A DNA stretch of 64,000 nt, taken from Selaginella moellendorffii (lineage: Eukaryota > Plantae > Lycopodiophyta). The notes beneath the pieces were generated by a model that worked only from the letters and a program-made list of their open reading frames with translations, had not been told where the DNA came from and searched no databases. The position numbers were made by a program, and so were the translations under genes. Positions 28,575 to 43,777 of this stretch are shown in pieces. Every line of letters begins with the position of its first letter. Positions within the stretch are counted from its first letter, which is position 1. The DNA lies in contig NW_003314318.1 in NCBI RefSeq assembly GCF_000143415.4, positions 620,001 through 684,000 of the forward strand, given 5' to 3'.

Positions 28575-29500
28575 ATGGCTTCAAAGAGTCTTCTCGCAGC
28601 ACTGGCATTGCTATCGCTCCTACATTTTTCCTCTGCGGTGGAGTTCACAGTCGGCGATAGCAACGGATGGACTTTCCAAGTTAACTACACACAATGGGCT
28701 TCGTCGCAAACTTTTCGAGTAGGAGACATTCTCGGTAAGTGATAGTCCTCGTTTTCTAGTTCTCGAGCTAAAATTCTATCGACCGTGTCCTTGCAGTGTT
28801 TCCTTACACATCAATCCACGACGTTCGCGAAGTGAGTCAAGCCGACTACGATAGCTGCGATGGATCCAACGCCGTCACTACTTATGCCACCGCCAGTCCC
28901 ATTCGCGTCACGCTCTCGAGGCCAGGAGCTCACTGGTTCCTGTGTGGAATTCCCGGCCACTGCGCAGCGGGGATGAGAGTTCCAATCAATGTTACTTTCA
29001 CTGCTACTGCTCCAGCTCCATCGCCATCCGCGCGATCTGGCGGCAGGGCTCTCTCTCCAAGGAGCTCGCTCGCGACGTCACCCTCTCCATCGCCAACGAG
29101 CTCGCTCCCGGCTTCACCGTCACCGTCATCTCCATCGCCAAGCATCTCACTCGCACCTTCACCGTCACCATCACCACGGAGCTCGTCGGCATCATCGCCC
29201 TCACCGTCACCGTCATCTCCATCGCCAAGCATCTCACTCGCACCTTCACCGTCACCGTCACCACGGAGCTCGTTGGCATCATCGCCCTCACCGTCACCGT
29301 CAGCATCATCGTCTCCAGCGCCATCGACGACCGTGATCCCAGCTCCAGATCTTCCACCATCGCCACCAAGCTCTGATCTTCTTCCACCGGCGAGTATTCC
29401 AACCAATGCGCTTCCTCCGGCCTCTCCGCCCTCGAGCTCCGTGCAGCTGGTTTCCATCGGCTGGGGCCTCACCATAGCTGGATTGCTTCTTGCTCTCTAG
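28575..29500 (+). CDS. Phytocyanin (uclacyanin-like blue copper protein) with Ser/Pro AGP-like linker and GPI-type tail, 2 exons
   Basis: Signal peptide, then FTVGDSNGW...YTQWAS..TFRVGD, an intron at 28735-28796, and Cu ligands H (IHDV), C, H and M (FLCGIPGHCAAGM). Confidence 0.92.
29111..29305 (+). repeat. 87-bp coding tandem repeat (about 2.2 copies) in the Ser/Pro linker
   Basis: tccatcgccaagcatctcactcgcacc occurs at 29131 and 29218. Confidence 0.85.
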
Positions 29501-31129
29501 AATAGAACCATTCCGTTTCAAATCCAATCGCTTTCCTTTTATTCCTTGTATTTTTTATAATTTTTTTGTAGCTACTAGTGAACGCAGAGATCTCGGACGA
29601 TCATGTATACAAAGAAGTTTCTTCTTTCATGATTCATGGCGAGCTTCTAAGATCATCCATCACTATTGATAAAATATATTCTCATTCTTTTCTTGCACCA
29701 GGAGGCGTTCTTTCATACAAGAACTACTAGGAATTGGACACTGACGAGCAGAACTAAGGAAAGGAGGAGATAAAAACGAGGAAAAGAGGAAGGGGGTTGT
29801 ATATCTTTATTTGGTAGCGCAAATCTTGGTTACATTCGCGGCCGTCCCTATGATCACCTGCAGCTCCTCCAATTCACCACCAGGGCTTAAACGCAAAAGC
29901 TATTGAATGATTGTTTAGTGCCTTGACACTGCTTGAGAGCGATGGAGTATGGCGTCCAGCCCCTGCTGGCATCCTTCTAGAATATTCTCCAGATGCCCAT
30001 ATGGTATAAAAAACGTATGGCAAGAGCCGTCTGATTTCAACATGTACATATGAATGACATTATAGATGGATTTCTATAATCCCACAGCGTTTTGATATAA
30101 GTTACGAAGAAAAATTCGGCGTAGAAAGCTTCTAAAACACCCAGTTTACATCCTAAAAAGCCTTCTTAGTAACTAATCCATGGTGAAACATGACGTTTTT
30201 TTCCCACAACGAAATGCACAAGACCATTGAGTTGGTTTAATCATGCCTTTTGAACCATCGTGAAATGAGGGGTGTCGATCACAATTGATGGCTCCATCTT
30301 CTGTGGATTCCACCGTGAAAATGGAGCTAACACATCGGACTTGCAAAAAAACTTGAAGTGTTGATGGGTTAACAGCCTCCACCACAAGCTCAAGAAGCAA
30401 GAGGACAATGAGCCATAAGCAGCTTTCTTCTTGTCTGGCAAGTAGGTGGGAGCTTGAGGCTGTCACAGTGTAGCAAACTGCTAGGGTTTGTGGCATGATG
30501 GGACTAGGAGCTCAAGAGGTATGTTCGACAATTTGTCTTCAAAGGGAGATTATTCTTTCTCCCCAACATGGAATTTGCAGCACTCCCTTCCACAGGATCT
30601 CATGATACCACTCCAGCTCTGGCTCGGTGAGACAGCAGCTGCTGGGGACGGCAGGAGTGCCTCAGGAGCTCATGGATGGACCCTTTGCTGACGACACCAC
30701 CCTCTTTCTGGTTGCTAAGAACCTGGATGGAAATTGGAAATATTGGAACAAGTCCGTTGGGATCAATTGGGGAAAGCTAGGGATTGAATCATGGGGCTGA
30801 AGTGAGTTTCTACCTGAATCCCCAGGTATTGGTGCTCTCGCACTGCAGGATGAAATGCTGCTCAAGAGGTTAGAATGGCAATCCAGAAATGGTCATCTAG
30901 GAAGCTTGGACTTCCAACAGCTAAGTGCATCATTCTCCCCAGTATATGGTACCACATTTCTATCTGGCCACCACACTTAGAAAAGTAAAAAGCATGGTGC
31001 ACACTTATGTTGTAGGGTGGACAAAGGTACTGTGGCATTCTTGCAGCATGTCCATAAGTGTTGGGAGGGTACCCATCATTGACTTAAAGTTAAAAGCTAT
31101 CAGCTCAATCTCTGAAAGAAATTAGCAAC

Positions 31130-34000
31130 TAAGACACTAAAAGGAGAAAATAATTGTTTTTGGCTTAAAAAGAAGGAAAACTCAAAAAGTCCTTAAAATT
31201 CAAGCATAACATTTAGAATTTTGCATTTGGGCACACATGTTTTTGCTTTTAGGATCTTTCTAATACTGGTGTTATCACCACAATGTAAATCTTTCACAAA
31301 TTCACCCCAAAACCCAAGAAACTAAAGAATAAAGGGGAGGATTGATTAGAAAGTAATCCTCCTTAGTGGAGTCACCAAATGTTGACAGCGGATTTTTTCA
31401 ACAAATGAGGAAAACACTTTCTTATGCTCTAAAATCAAGTTTAAACATCTCTTTTTGAACTTTGGAGAAAGGGGTATATCCCCCATTAGAATATCCTCAC
31501 AGCCTCAACAATAGAATATTCTAAAGAATCTCACTCTTTTGTTATATATATTCTAATGTTAGAGTTTAAAAGCCTTTCCACTAGGTCCCATTAACCTCTA
31601 GGACTTCAAAGGCCTTTCCACTAGGTCCCATTAACCTCTAGGACTTCTTCACCATGTAACTATATATTTATTATTCAATCTTGGATTTGATCTTATATTT
31701 AGTCTCAAACACAGTCTTGGACTTAATCTTGAACTCATTCTCAAACTTGGTCTCAAATTAGATCTCAGACTTTATCATAAATTCAATCTTGAACTCGATT
31801 TTAGACTTGGTCTTGGACTTAACACTTCCATAGGTTACAACACTTGCCATGTATTAATTCTTTTTTTATCCCTTTCTAGAAACTCATTTATCAATCACTT
31901 CATGCTTGTTTTTCAAACACTTCTTTGCACTTTTGATTTTTTGAGTTGGAGTTTTGTATTACGCTCATTAAACTTCCATTTTGGCCACTATCACATTGTT
32001 CACCTTTGGCTCTACTTTAGGACTTAAGGATTTGTGTCTTACAAATCACCCATAGATGAAATTTAATATCTTTATTAAATGATAACTTATTTTCTAAAGT
32101 AAGTCCATTATAAATTACTATTTGTTAATGGTTCAACACCAAAGGCTCATCATACCTTGCATATCCTTTAAAGAGCATAGACCCCTTAATTTAGGGACTC
32201 ATTGAATCACTTGTGATGGTTTTTTCACTTTCTTAGTTTAGATCCCGCTAAACTTATTAGAAACACCTTTTATATCTTAATCTTGTTACTCATTCTAGAG
32301 TAATCTTAAACTATATCAATGTATGGATTGTCATTTGGAATTTTAATATAGACTTTTTATCCCAATTTGTAAGTGTCTTCAACACTTCCATTAGACATTT
32401 TTGTTGTGCAAACTCTACTTTCTTATCCTAAGGAGTTTTTTACTTGAGGACATCATATTTTTTCTTTTATCTCGTAAGTTCCACTTATCCATAATTTATA
32501 TTAGAGCTACTCATGGCTCTATCATTTAGCTATATTGCCACTTCATCTTTGGAGTTTTCAAATTTCACAAAATTAAAGGACTTGGGAATGCCATCCCTTA
32601 AAATTCTATTACCTTTCCTAATCCATTAGCATCCATCTTATGTTGGTTGTTTGCCTAACTCATAATTTAGAATCACTTTAACAATTCCCAAAGTTTTATT
32701 GGCCATTGGTATTTTGCTCCTATCTTTTAATTGTTGCATCAAATAATATAGGATTGCTACTTCCATATTTGGGGTATCATTTTTATTTCATAACAAAGGC
32801 TCTACTTTGGCATATTCACCCCTAGTAACTCTTATCATCATTTTCCATTGTGGATATAATTATAGCCCAATTTTGTAACCAAGAACCTTAATCAATTGAG
32901 CTTCTAGGTAGATAGGTAGGAAATATTTTCATGGTGGAGCTGCATAGCCACGCCTTCCATGCAGATTCCTTAGTGGCTAAGCATGTCACAATTAGGCTTC
33001 CATTCCTTGCCATTGTAGCATTCACAATTCTTGTGATTGGGCATCTTGTGAAATGGAGAAATCCCGGTAGGCATTCTTGCCCTCTTTTCCTTCTCACTTC
33101 CTCCTTTATGCATGCCTTAAATCTTCTCCTTAACGTGTGGCCTACGACATGCTAGTGAAGAATGCCGATAGCCTCTAACTCTTCTTAGTGATTAAGCTTG
33201 TGGAATTTTCCTTGAAGATTATTTTCTTGGACTCATAATACCATTATATTGTCATAGATCATTTCACCTTAGGTCCACTTAATCACCAACCATTACCAAT
33301 TGTTCAAATCATTACTATAAATTAGAAAATATGTTCCTTAACCTAATAAAGAACTTATTCTTGATTAGCAATAAGATCATCTAGTGATCCCATATAGATT
33401 TCTCATGAGTTGTTGACTAACTACAAGAGCATCCCCCATACTTAGCAAGTCAACCCTTTTAACCAAAGGTTTGTAACAACCAGGATTGTGTGTCTCCATC
33501 CTATTTACCACATTTTTCTATTGAACTTTCATACTAAATATATTAACTATGTCCTTTATTTTTAAGGTAGCCTCTTTATTAAGAATCGTGTTATTATATT
33601 CCAAACTAAATGCCTTCCAAGCATTAAAAGGTTGAGATTTTAAACCCAACCTCCACATATGCCTCTACAAAATATCACACAAGATGGTTAGTGTAACTCT
33701 TTATATCAGTGTACCAAACTTATATCAATACTAATTAATGTTTCTTTCATATACCCAGACTCTAGGGGGTCCCTGTAGAATAAGGACTCTAGCAAAACCA
33801 ATATGACTAGGGAATGCTAGTGTGACCGAAAAAGGCTATATTCATATGGTGGATGATGATACAAATATTTAAGAGTTTAATATAGATAACAAATGAAATG
33901 ATTTAATAAAATGTTTAAAAGCCAATTATAGCTCCTCCAAAAGATGAAATAGTCCAAGTGTGGGTAACATTACCTATTTGGATACTTTAATAGTTTATTA
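31130..34000. other. AT-rich, CpG-depleted decayed sequence (probable old transposon relic), including a 40-bp direct repeat at about 31572-31647
   Basis: No long ORFs and very few CG dinucleotides. gcctttccactaggtcccattaacctctaggacttc occurs twice. Confidence 0.5.
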
Positions 34001-34099
34001 AAACCCCACTCTAGCCATATAGCCAACTCTCAATGCAAAGAGATCTTGCTATTGTCTAGCCAGTGTTGGAAGACCAAGTAGTTGTCATTGGCAAGGACA

Positions 34100-34509
34100 G
34101 CACAAGCACTTGGTGCTGACTTTACTCTTGGCTCAGTATTCACCACCTAGGACAGAACGTCATGGGCATCTGGGAACACTACAGCTTCTTTGCCTTCACT
34201 CTCATGTTCCTGCTCACGTCCACCAGTGAGTCACTGCCGATGTTTCTTGTGGAGCACCAGGTCCTCAAGTGTGAAACTTCTAGGGGAACATACAGGGTCT
34301 CGTCATATGTGATTGCCAACATGGTCATGTTCTGCTTATGCTTTCTTCTTTCGTCTTCTCGCTCCTGTATACATACAGTACTGGCCGAGTCTGGCCTAGA
34401 GCATTTCAGCAAGTGGATGAACCTGGGCGTTACGGCAATTTTCGTTATCGTCTACAGACTTCATGCTTACCTTGTACTTCGGTTTAAGCACCGGCATGAA
34501 CAACAGTAG
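34100..34509 (+). pseudogene. Internally deleted fragment of an ABCG half-transporter membrane domain
   Basis: FAFTLMFLLTSTSESLPMFL.E..VL..ETSRG.YRVSSYVIAN is joined directly to C-terminal W.NLGV..IFVIVYR..AYLVLR. No NBD is present. Confidence 0.7.
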
Positions 34510-34851
34510 TTAAGTCAATAAGAATGAAGTACTTCCAACGTACCTGTTAGTAACGGATCTTCTCTGTTTAATTGTTTATCTGTCAAGCAAGGAGCAAGTG
34601 TCCGAAACTTTCAAAGTTCATGATGGCATAATCCCACGATCCCAGGCTTTTGCTTTCTCACTCAACCCCAGAAACACCTGTTAGAGATGCATTGAAGAAA
34701 CAGTTGCTGTCAGGCTGCCTTAAATTAACTGCAGTTAACACAAAGATTGCCTGATCAGAGAATGTCCGTAATGAAAAAACTAAATTTGCCGTACAGCAGG
34801 AGCAGCCGAAACTCGATCAACCAAATGCTCGAGCAATTATATAACTTTTCA

Positions 34852-36859
<2,008 letters not shown>

Positions 36860-37398
36860 TGCCGGCCTAAAACCTAAGATTGAGGTCAACAAAATAAGGT
36901 GTTTATATGAGCCACGGCAAAGCACCCGCATTTCTCTCTCATGACCGTTGCCATTAGAATTGACGAAAGAAGGCATCAACGGCCGGGATTCGGTTCTTTC
37001 CACTCGACGGACCGCCGCGATGCTGCCAAGTCGACAAAAGCGACGAAGAGCCAGAAAGGGCATGGTCACACGAAGCTCTTAGCGAGGGATTAGGGTATTG
37101 GCGCAGGGCTAGCGTGGGAGCGCCGAGGCTTCGGTACCGCCGGAGCTCTGTTTTTTCGTCGGCATTCCATTGCCAGATCTCGAGCGATCACTCGCTGGAA
37201 CAAGAAATGGCTCCGATCGTCTGCTTGCGCATCGAAAGTACTCTATGAGTCTCACATTGCCCGATTCAGGGTTTTGCTTGATCCTGGGGGGGATTTTAAT
37301 GGGACATGGCAATGCTGGTGCGCTGGAGCTTGAAAAGCAGGCAGGATTCTGGGGAAGATAGTTCTCGGCGATTTTAGGACAGGTGTAATCTTGCAGCC

Positions 37399-38224
37399 AT
37401 GGACGATGTTGCGATCATTCGGGAGATTTTGACTGTCACCCATGTACCAGTCGTAGCGCAGTTGCAGTGGAGAAGTCTTTTGCGATCTGTCTGCGATCGA
37501 CTCACAGCTCATGTAAGTTGTAGCTCCATTGAGAACAGAGGAGAGAAATTGATTTTAACCATCGCTACCACAGACAGCACGGCTTGAGAAAGCTGAGGAG
37601 CTCGCCAAAAATTTTCAAGCTTTCAAGGAGGGGATTTACGAAGTCTGGTATGAAATTTGACCCGTTTTCTTTTCTGTTTTTTCTTTCCCTGACGCGACGC
37701 AATGCAGTAAAAACACGGCTAAAGAGTGCAAAGATTTCACCGAGGTCGAGGTCCAAAAGCAGGCTGAGAAGCTCGATACGCATGCTAAAGTCACTGGAGA
37801 TCGTATCAACGCTGTTCAAAAAGGCTATGCTTCGTACTTGGTGAGTGGAACTTGACAGAAGCTTTCATTGCAAAATGGAAGAAAATTCCGTAAGCATCAA
37901 GACAGTGACTGGGGATTTGGCAGAATTGAAGGCAGCCGTCGAGTCTCTTCCCAAAAGAGTTGAAGATTTAGAGGGAGGAGTCCAGAACTTGACTGCGGTC
38001 AGTTCAGAGCTGCAAACCAAAGTCAAGGAGCAGGACGAAACAATAAGGAAACTGGGTGAAAACTTCCAGTCACAGTTTGAGCAGCATGTAGTGGAAATGA
38101 CAGGGGCAGTGCGAGTTATGACAGAAGAAATAGAGTCTTTACAAGCTGATGTTCTGGACCAGTGGAAGGCTGCAAAGTTTGGAAAATCAAGTATTCACGG
38201 GTACAACGGGGTTACTGCTTCAGG
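37399..38224 (+). pseudogene. Spliced coiled-coil protein gene, probably 3'-truncated by the adjacent gag relic
   Basis: Heptad-rich ORF 37845-38246 with upstream exon-like pieces bounded by GT-AG sites (e.g. 37513-37573). The exon structure is not fully resolved. Confidence 0.4.
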
Positions 38225-40330
38225 TAAACTGTGTTGTTGCGGGTAAACTATGTTGTTGTTGGGCAGGCAGGCCTAATCGAGGAGGACCTGGTTGTGCTTG
38301 ATCCTGCCGCTGCCCCTGTCGGTTCGGGTTGTAAGTGGGGCGATAGTATTGGTATCCACCTTGGTTGTAGCCGCCTTGTCGATTGTAGAAATCACGATTG
38401 TTGTAATTGTAGTCGTGGTTGTTGTAGTAGTTGTAATCGCGAGGAGGTCTGTTGTAGCGATCATCCTGATAGTAGTCGCGACGAGGTGGGCCATTCCATG
38501 GACGTGGATAGTAGTTTTGCCGAGGTGGTGGTCCTCTCCTCTCGTTCTTGTACGGCGGTGGTGGACCTGCTGGTAATACATGCAACGGTCGTTGAAACCC
38601 ATTTGTCGAGGTGGTCGAGGAGGAGGAGGTTGAAAAGTAGAAACTAGATTAACTTGAGGGGCTGGGTTAGAACGGTATGCCTTTGCATCATGACCATTTG
38701 TCCTGCAAAGTTGACATGTAGCAAGTTGAAGCTTGCATTGATGAGCTGAGTGTCCCTCATTCTTGCAAGTTGTGCACCATACGCCTGTGCGTAGATTGGA
38801 TTCGTCAGCAAGAGCTTCGGCATTGAGCTTCTTGACAAGCCTGTCCTGTTTAGTGTTCTCCTTCAACCGTCTGTGTGAGGGAGTGTCATCATCATCACTA
38901 CTGGTGTCGCCATCGCCAAAGCTGGCGTTTTTCTTGCGGAGTTCCACCGTCGTCATACGGTCAGCGACATCGGTGTACTTGGTTTCCGCAAGGAAGGCTG
39001 CCGCCTTGCGAAGACTCTTGCGAAGGCCTTGAATGTACCATCGTGTAAGAAGACTATCGATTGGTTTCGTTGGAAGTTTGTTGACGTATTTGGTGTAGCG
39101 AATGCTGTAGTCGGAAACGTCTTCATTCGATTTCTGCCTGATAGTCTGCAGTTTGTCGAGGTACTGCTCCTCTGTGGTAGCTGACTTGAACTCGGTTTGA
39201 AAGTCTTGGTAGAGTTCATCAATGATCCTGGATGATGGTTGCTGGCTGTACCAGTCCAAGGCACGTCCTTTGAGTGTGTAGCCGAAAATGTTGCGGGCGT
39301 TGTGTTCATCGCCATTGGTGACGACAACTCCTTTGAAGAAATGTGCGTGTTTCTCTGGACTTTCCTCCCGAAGACCACTGAATGCGGGGTAGGAGATGAC
39401 TGTGCCAATGGCAGTACCGGGTATATAGAGTGTCATCGTGCCTAATCGTGGGGAAGGAGGTTGTATTTCACCAAAAAGAGCTGCTAGATCGCTGCCTGAA
39501 ACTTGTGTGTCGAGGCCAGAAGAATGAGTCTTGGCCTGATGTTGAAGGTGTGCCTGATTGTTGTCAGGCAAAGGTTGATTGTCAGGCGAGTCTTGAATGT
39601 AGAGCAAAGGTCGTAAATCAGGCGCTGCTTGATAGTCGCCAAAGATATTGTCTGGCTCGGGTGTTGATGGAGAATTGTGGTGATGATCTAATGTAAATGT
39701 TGTTGGCGATTCGTGGTCGCGATGATTGAAGAAGTCCAATGCTATGTCGGAAGTGGTCTGGTTGCTGGGGTTGCCTAAGAGTTGTGTCCTCCAATTGCTG
39801 ATGACGTTACTCCACTCAATACTATGAGCGAAGCGATTTTGTTGTAATTCAGCGTCGGCAGTAACAGGTGCTGATGAAGGTGTTGAGTAGGCAGAAGGCT
39901 GTGCTGGTGCACTCAGCGAAGGATGAATTGCCGATTGTGGTGTGTGCCAGGTCGAAGTCTCTGGCTGTCGTTGCTCTTGATGAATTGTTTGCTGGGGCGG
40001 CGGTGTAGTAACCGTCACGGAGTCAAACGGGCTCGGTGGAGTCTCTCTTGGAGGAGCGAAGTAACTGTTGATCAAGTCTTTGATGTGTGCAGCATTGTCG
40101 GTTGTTAGTTGCCACCGTAAAAGCTGCCTGATTTCAAGTTCTCATTGGGTCGGGGGTATGTTTCGTCCCTCTAACCGTTGTTGTTGCTCCCGCGTGTGCT
40201 CGAGGTTGCGGAGCTCCCGGGCAAAGTATCTCTGGGAACGCTCTATGTTCTGTATCCTCTTTGTCTGGATGTCGTGTCCATACATACGATCATGTGTCGC
40301 ATGCTGCTTGTCAACGGTTGATGATTGTTA
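38220..40330 (-). mobile_element. Ty3/gypsy-type gag relic (no pol)
   Basis: PAFSG..EESP..H...F, LKGRALDWY, IRQKSNEDVSDY and WYIQGL. Zinc knuckles are CTTCKNEGHSAHQC and the degenerate CQLCRTNGHDAKAY. There is a frameshift near 38580. Confidence 0.8.
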
Positions 40331-41595
40331 GTGATGTAAATTCAAGTATTAATTAAAAGAAAAACAAATCAGGGAAAATCAGGCAGAGGAAGGAATTCCT
40401 GCTTGACATCCTGGCAAGATGGAGTAGAAACTGATGCATTCGTTGCAGAGGAGGCGCTAGTGGGAGTCCATGGGAAGACTGGGCTACAAACTCGCCACAT
40501 CAAGCCTGAGCATCGTCAGCAAGTGCAGCTTGTTGCAGACATATTGGAGCTCCGCGTTTCTCACATACTTCTGCTAGTATGATCTTGTCAGTTATGTACG
40601 TCGAGCTCAACAACAACAAACCCCCTAAACCTCGCAGCGTATCTTCACACCAAGCTTCATGTTACGCTTTGCGAGCTCTACAACAAGTAGAAGGATCGCA
40701 AGCCTGCTTCAACTCGAATTTTTCCGATTCTGCAGCGACTTCATCAATACAATCTTCTGCAAAATCTCGTTTTGCATCGACTGCCTCTACAGACTGCTGT
40801 TGTGAATCCCGATGGCAGCTTTACCGTCGTTGCCCCTTCGCCATCATCTTCGACACGTCGCCGCAAGGAGCGCGCGAAGAAGGCACAGGAAGATCCTCTG
40901 CTATCAAAAGCCCGCGAAGCCAGGCAGCACCGACGACCAACGTCTCCAGTTGTCATCGAGCACGATGGCTCCGACAGCGAACCAATTCCTGCGTCTTCAT
41001 CACAGCTTCACGTGCACCCGAGCAGCATTCCTTCTGCCCCAACAATTCGTCAGGCAGCGCCAGCGCAGGCGCAGCAGCATCAGGCGCCTTGCCTAACGCC
41101 TGACCCAACGCCCACTCCGTCATCGACTCATCAGGCGCTCCATCAGGCCGTGCCACTGCCACCTAATTATCCAACTGCTCTGGCAGGGGGATGGTCCAAA
41201 GTTGAGTTGAGCTCACGAGTTGAGCTCAATTCAGCTCAAGTCAATGCTAGTCAACATAGTCAACCATAAGTTTTATAAGGAAATATTAAGTCAGAAAAAT
41301 GTTATTCTTTGGTGAACTTGAAATTTATGAGTTTAAGTATCAATGGTTCAGAGAGATTTTTATTTTTTGAATCTTTCTAATGCAGTTTATACAATTTCTA
41401 GAATTAGAAGTTCGTCTAAACCCATAGAAATTTTTGGGCTTTATTGGTCCCAAATAAAATGGAAATATTGAAGTTCGAATGAACCGGAAAATTTCTATTG
41501 TACATTTCAACATTTTAACATTTCAACAATTGACCAGAAATATATAAATAATTCGAAACACTGATTCACTTGTTCATTCTTTAGGGTTTACAGAG

Positions 41596-41841
41596 ATGGG
41601 AAGCAAGGAAGACAAAAAATCTGTAAGTAGTTCTAGTATACAGAAATGTGAGAATGTGAATTTTGTTTCACTACCACAATCTCCATATTACACGCCTGGT
41701 CCTTATTACCCATCCAGGAATGTGGAGACCACTGTCACTATTGATAAAAATGCTCCTGTTACTTCCGAAACAACAATCCAGAGCAAGAGAAAAGAAGAAA
41801 TGGACAGCACAGCGGAAAGCACTAATAAATCCACTCTATAA
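41596..41841 (+). CDS. Small hypothetical cargo ORF of MULE-1
   Basis: ATG ORF preceded by TATATAAAT (about 41541) and the telo-box TAGGGTTT (41582). No recognisable domain. Confidence 0.35.
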   Translation: MGSKEDKKSVSSSSIQKCENVNFVSLPQSPYYTPGPYYPSRNVETTVTIDKNAPVTSETTIQSKRKEEMDSTAESTNKSTL

Positions 41842-42282
41842 ACCTTTCAATGGCTTTTGTAATTCACTAAAATATTATAAAAAAATGTAAGTTTTTTATA
41901 TATATCTTATTCCTTTTGATATGTTTTGTCTTTGCAAAGATATATGATGTAGACAAATCAAAGAATTAAATCTATATATGATTTTGGGATTGAAAGGTAA
42001 TCTTGCAAAAAGGCATACTCGCGTGCCTGTGTATATTCGCTATTATTATATATGGCAGGCCAACTATATAAAATAAAGCTACATATTAATTATATGCTAG
42101 TTTTTAGCTTCTGAAACCCTATAGCCACTTGTTTCTCATAGTAGGTTGTAATTACTAAGACTGACAATTATCATTCACTATAGTGTCATGTCATAATAAA
42201 ACATCATTCCCGAGATTGAAATATAGTATATTAATGAGAGAATTCTTATTGCTAGGAAATTTAATTCTTCTTGTGTGTTGCA

Positions 42283-42837
42283 ATGGTTAGGAAGAAGTTT
42301 ACTTTTGGTCCCGAAGGCCTCTCATATGAGTCTCCACCTCCATCTCCAATCTCAACCAATAATCCACCTTCACCTCTACGCAACAATCCTCCTTTTCATT
42401 TTGAGGGCTGTTGTGAGGCTTTTCCATTTGCGACCTCGAGTGCAACTGAACAAAAACTCCTTCCTTATGATGTTGTTAAAAAAGTTGGATTGCCTCCAAT
42501 GCTTCAAGAGCGATGTCAATATTTTCTTCAAGATCTTGCTCCAGATATGGCAGGGGAGCTTAATGTAGATACATATTATCTTCAGTGTCCTATATGCAAC
42601 TTTTATTTAAACAAGACAGATGGTTGCATGGGTTTGGTAAATTTTATTAAGCATTGTCGCAAATGCCCAAGAGCGGGTTTGGAAGGTGTGCACACGTGGA
42701 TGTATAAGAAAATCAAGAAAAAATTAAAAACACACAGCTATTATGATTTCATGGTGGAGAACAATATTCCATTGGTGAACACTGCATCAGTAAATGCTGA
42801 ATATGGGATATTTAGGCCACCCTTTAATGTAATGTGA
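42283..42837 (+). CDS. MULE-1 cargo gene A1: putative C2HC zinc-finger protein
   Basis: Intact intronless ORF in AT-rich surroundings with CPIC-x18-H-x3-C. It is a paralog of 43095-43643. Confidence 0.7.
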   Translation: MVRKKFTFGPEGLSYESPPPSPISTNNPPSPLRNNPPFHFEGCCEAFPFATSSATEQKLLPYDVVKKVGLPPMLQERCQYFLQDLAPDMAGELNVDTYYLQCPICNFYLNKTDGCMGLVNFIKHCRKCPRAGLEGVHTWMYKKIKKKLKTHSYYDFMVENNIPLVNTASVNAEYGIFRPPFNVM

Positions 42838-43094
42838 AAGTCATGCATAGTTTTTCAAAAGGTTAATTCTTTATGAGTAAAGTGGAGAATCTTATATTTT
42901 CGAGAATGATATTATTCTAGCATGTATAAAGATATTATTATATATACAAGTGGTTCTGACATTGTTATAATTCTGAAGTCCCATTTTTGAGATTGACAAT
43001 TTAAACTTTCAAGAACCCCTAGATCTTTTCTTAGTATAAATACCAACAAGGGGTGCTTTCAACATTGAAATTTCAGTTTGTTTAGAGTGTAGGA

Positions 43095-43643
43095 ATGGCT
43101 AGGGAAAATGCTATTGCTACTCGCACTTGGCCCCCATGCATTTCATATGAGTCTCCACCTCCGTCTCCAACTTCTACCAACATTCCACCCTTCCCTCCAT
43201 ACATCAATCGTTGTGAGGCCTTTTCTTTTGTAGCCCCAAGTGTGACTGAACAAGAGATCCCTCTTCCAGATAATGTTCTAGATGTTGCTACTAAAGATGG
43301 ATTGCCTCATGTGCTTCAAGAGCGATGCCAAATGTTTCTTCAAGATCTTGCTCCCGATATGGTTGAAACTTTTGAAAGAATGAACACATATTATCTCCAG
43401 TGTCCCATCTGCTACTTTTATTTAGATAAAACGGAAGGCTGTATGGGTCTAGAAACTTTTCTAGAACACTGTCACAACTGCCCAAGAACTAGTGTGGAAG
43501 GTGTGCATAAATGGATGTATAAGAAAATCAAGAAAGAGTTAAGAACACACAATCATTATCATTTCATGGTGAGGAACAATATTCCGTTAGTAAATCCTAC
43601 ACCCACAAGTGCTGAATATGGTATTTTTAGGCCATCCTACTGA
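43095..43643 (+). CDS. MULE-1 cargo gene A2: putative C2HC zinc-finger protein, tandem paralog of A1
   Basis: Shares SYESPPPSP, LQERCQ.FLQDLAPDM, TYYLQCPIC.FYL.KT.GCMGL..F..HC..CPR, EGVH.WMYKKIKK and AEYGIFRP with A1. TATAAAT lies at about 43035. Confidence 0.72.
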   Translation: MARENAIATRTWPPCISYESPPPSPTSTNIPPFPPYINRCEAFSFVAPSVTEQEIPLPDNVLDVATKDGLPHVLQERCQMFLQDLAPDMVETFERMNTYYLQCPICYFYLDKTEGCMGLETFLEHCHNCPRTSVEGVHKWMYKKIKKELRTHNHYHFMVRNNIPLVNPTPTSAEYGIFRPSY

Positions 43644-43777
43644 AAATTCCAGCCACTAATAATTCTTACACTATGATATTATTCATGCCCCCCCCCCCCC
43701 CTCTCGCCTTTTTTTTATTAACAAAATTGTATTACCTATAGATAATAAACTGATAATACTAGTAATTATGAAATTTG

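Noticed and set aside
28930-29527. Antisense and alternative-frame ORFs (GDGDG, HRH repeats)
   Set aside because: These are shadows of the phytocyanin Ser/Pro repeat.
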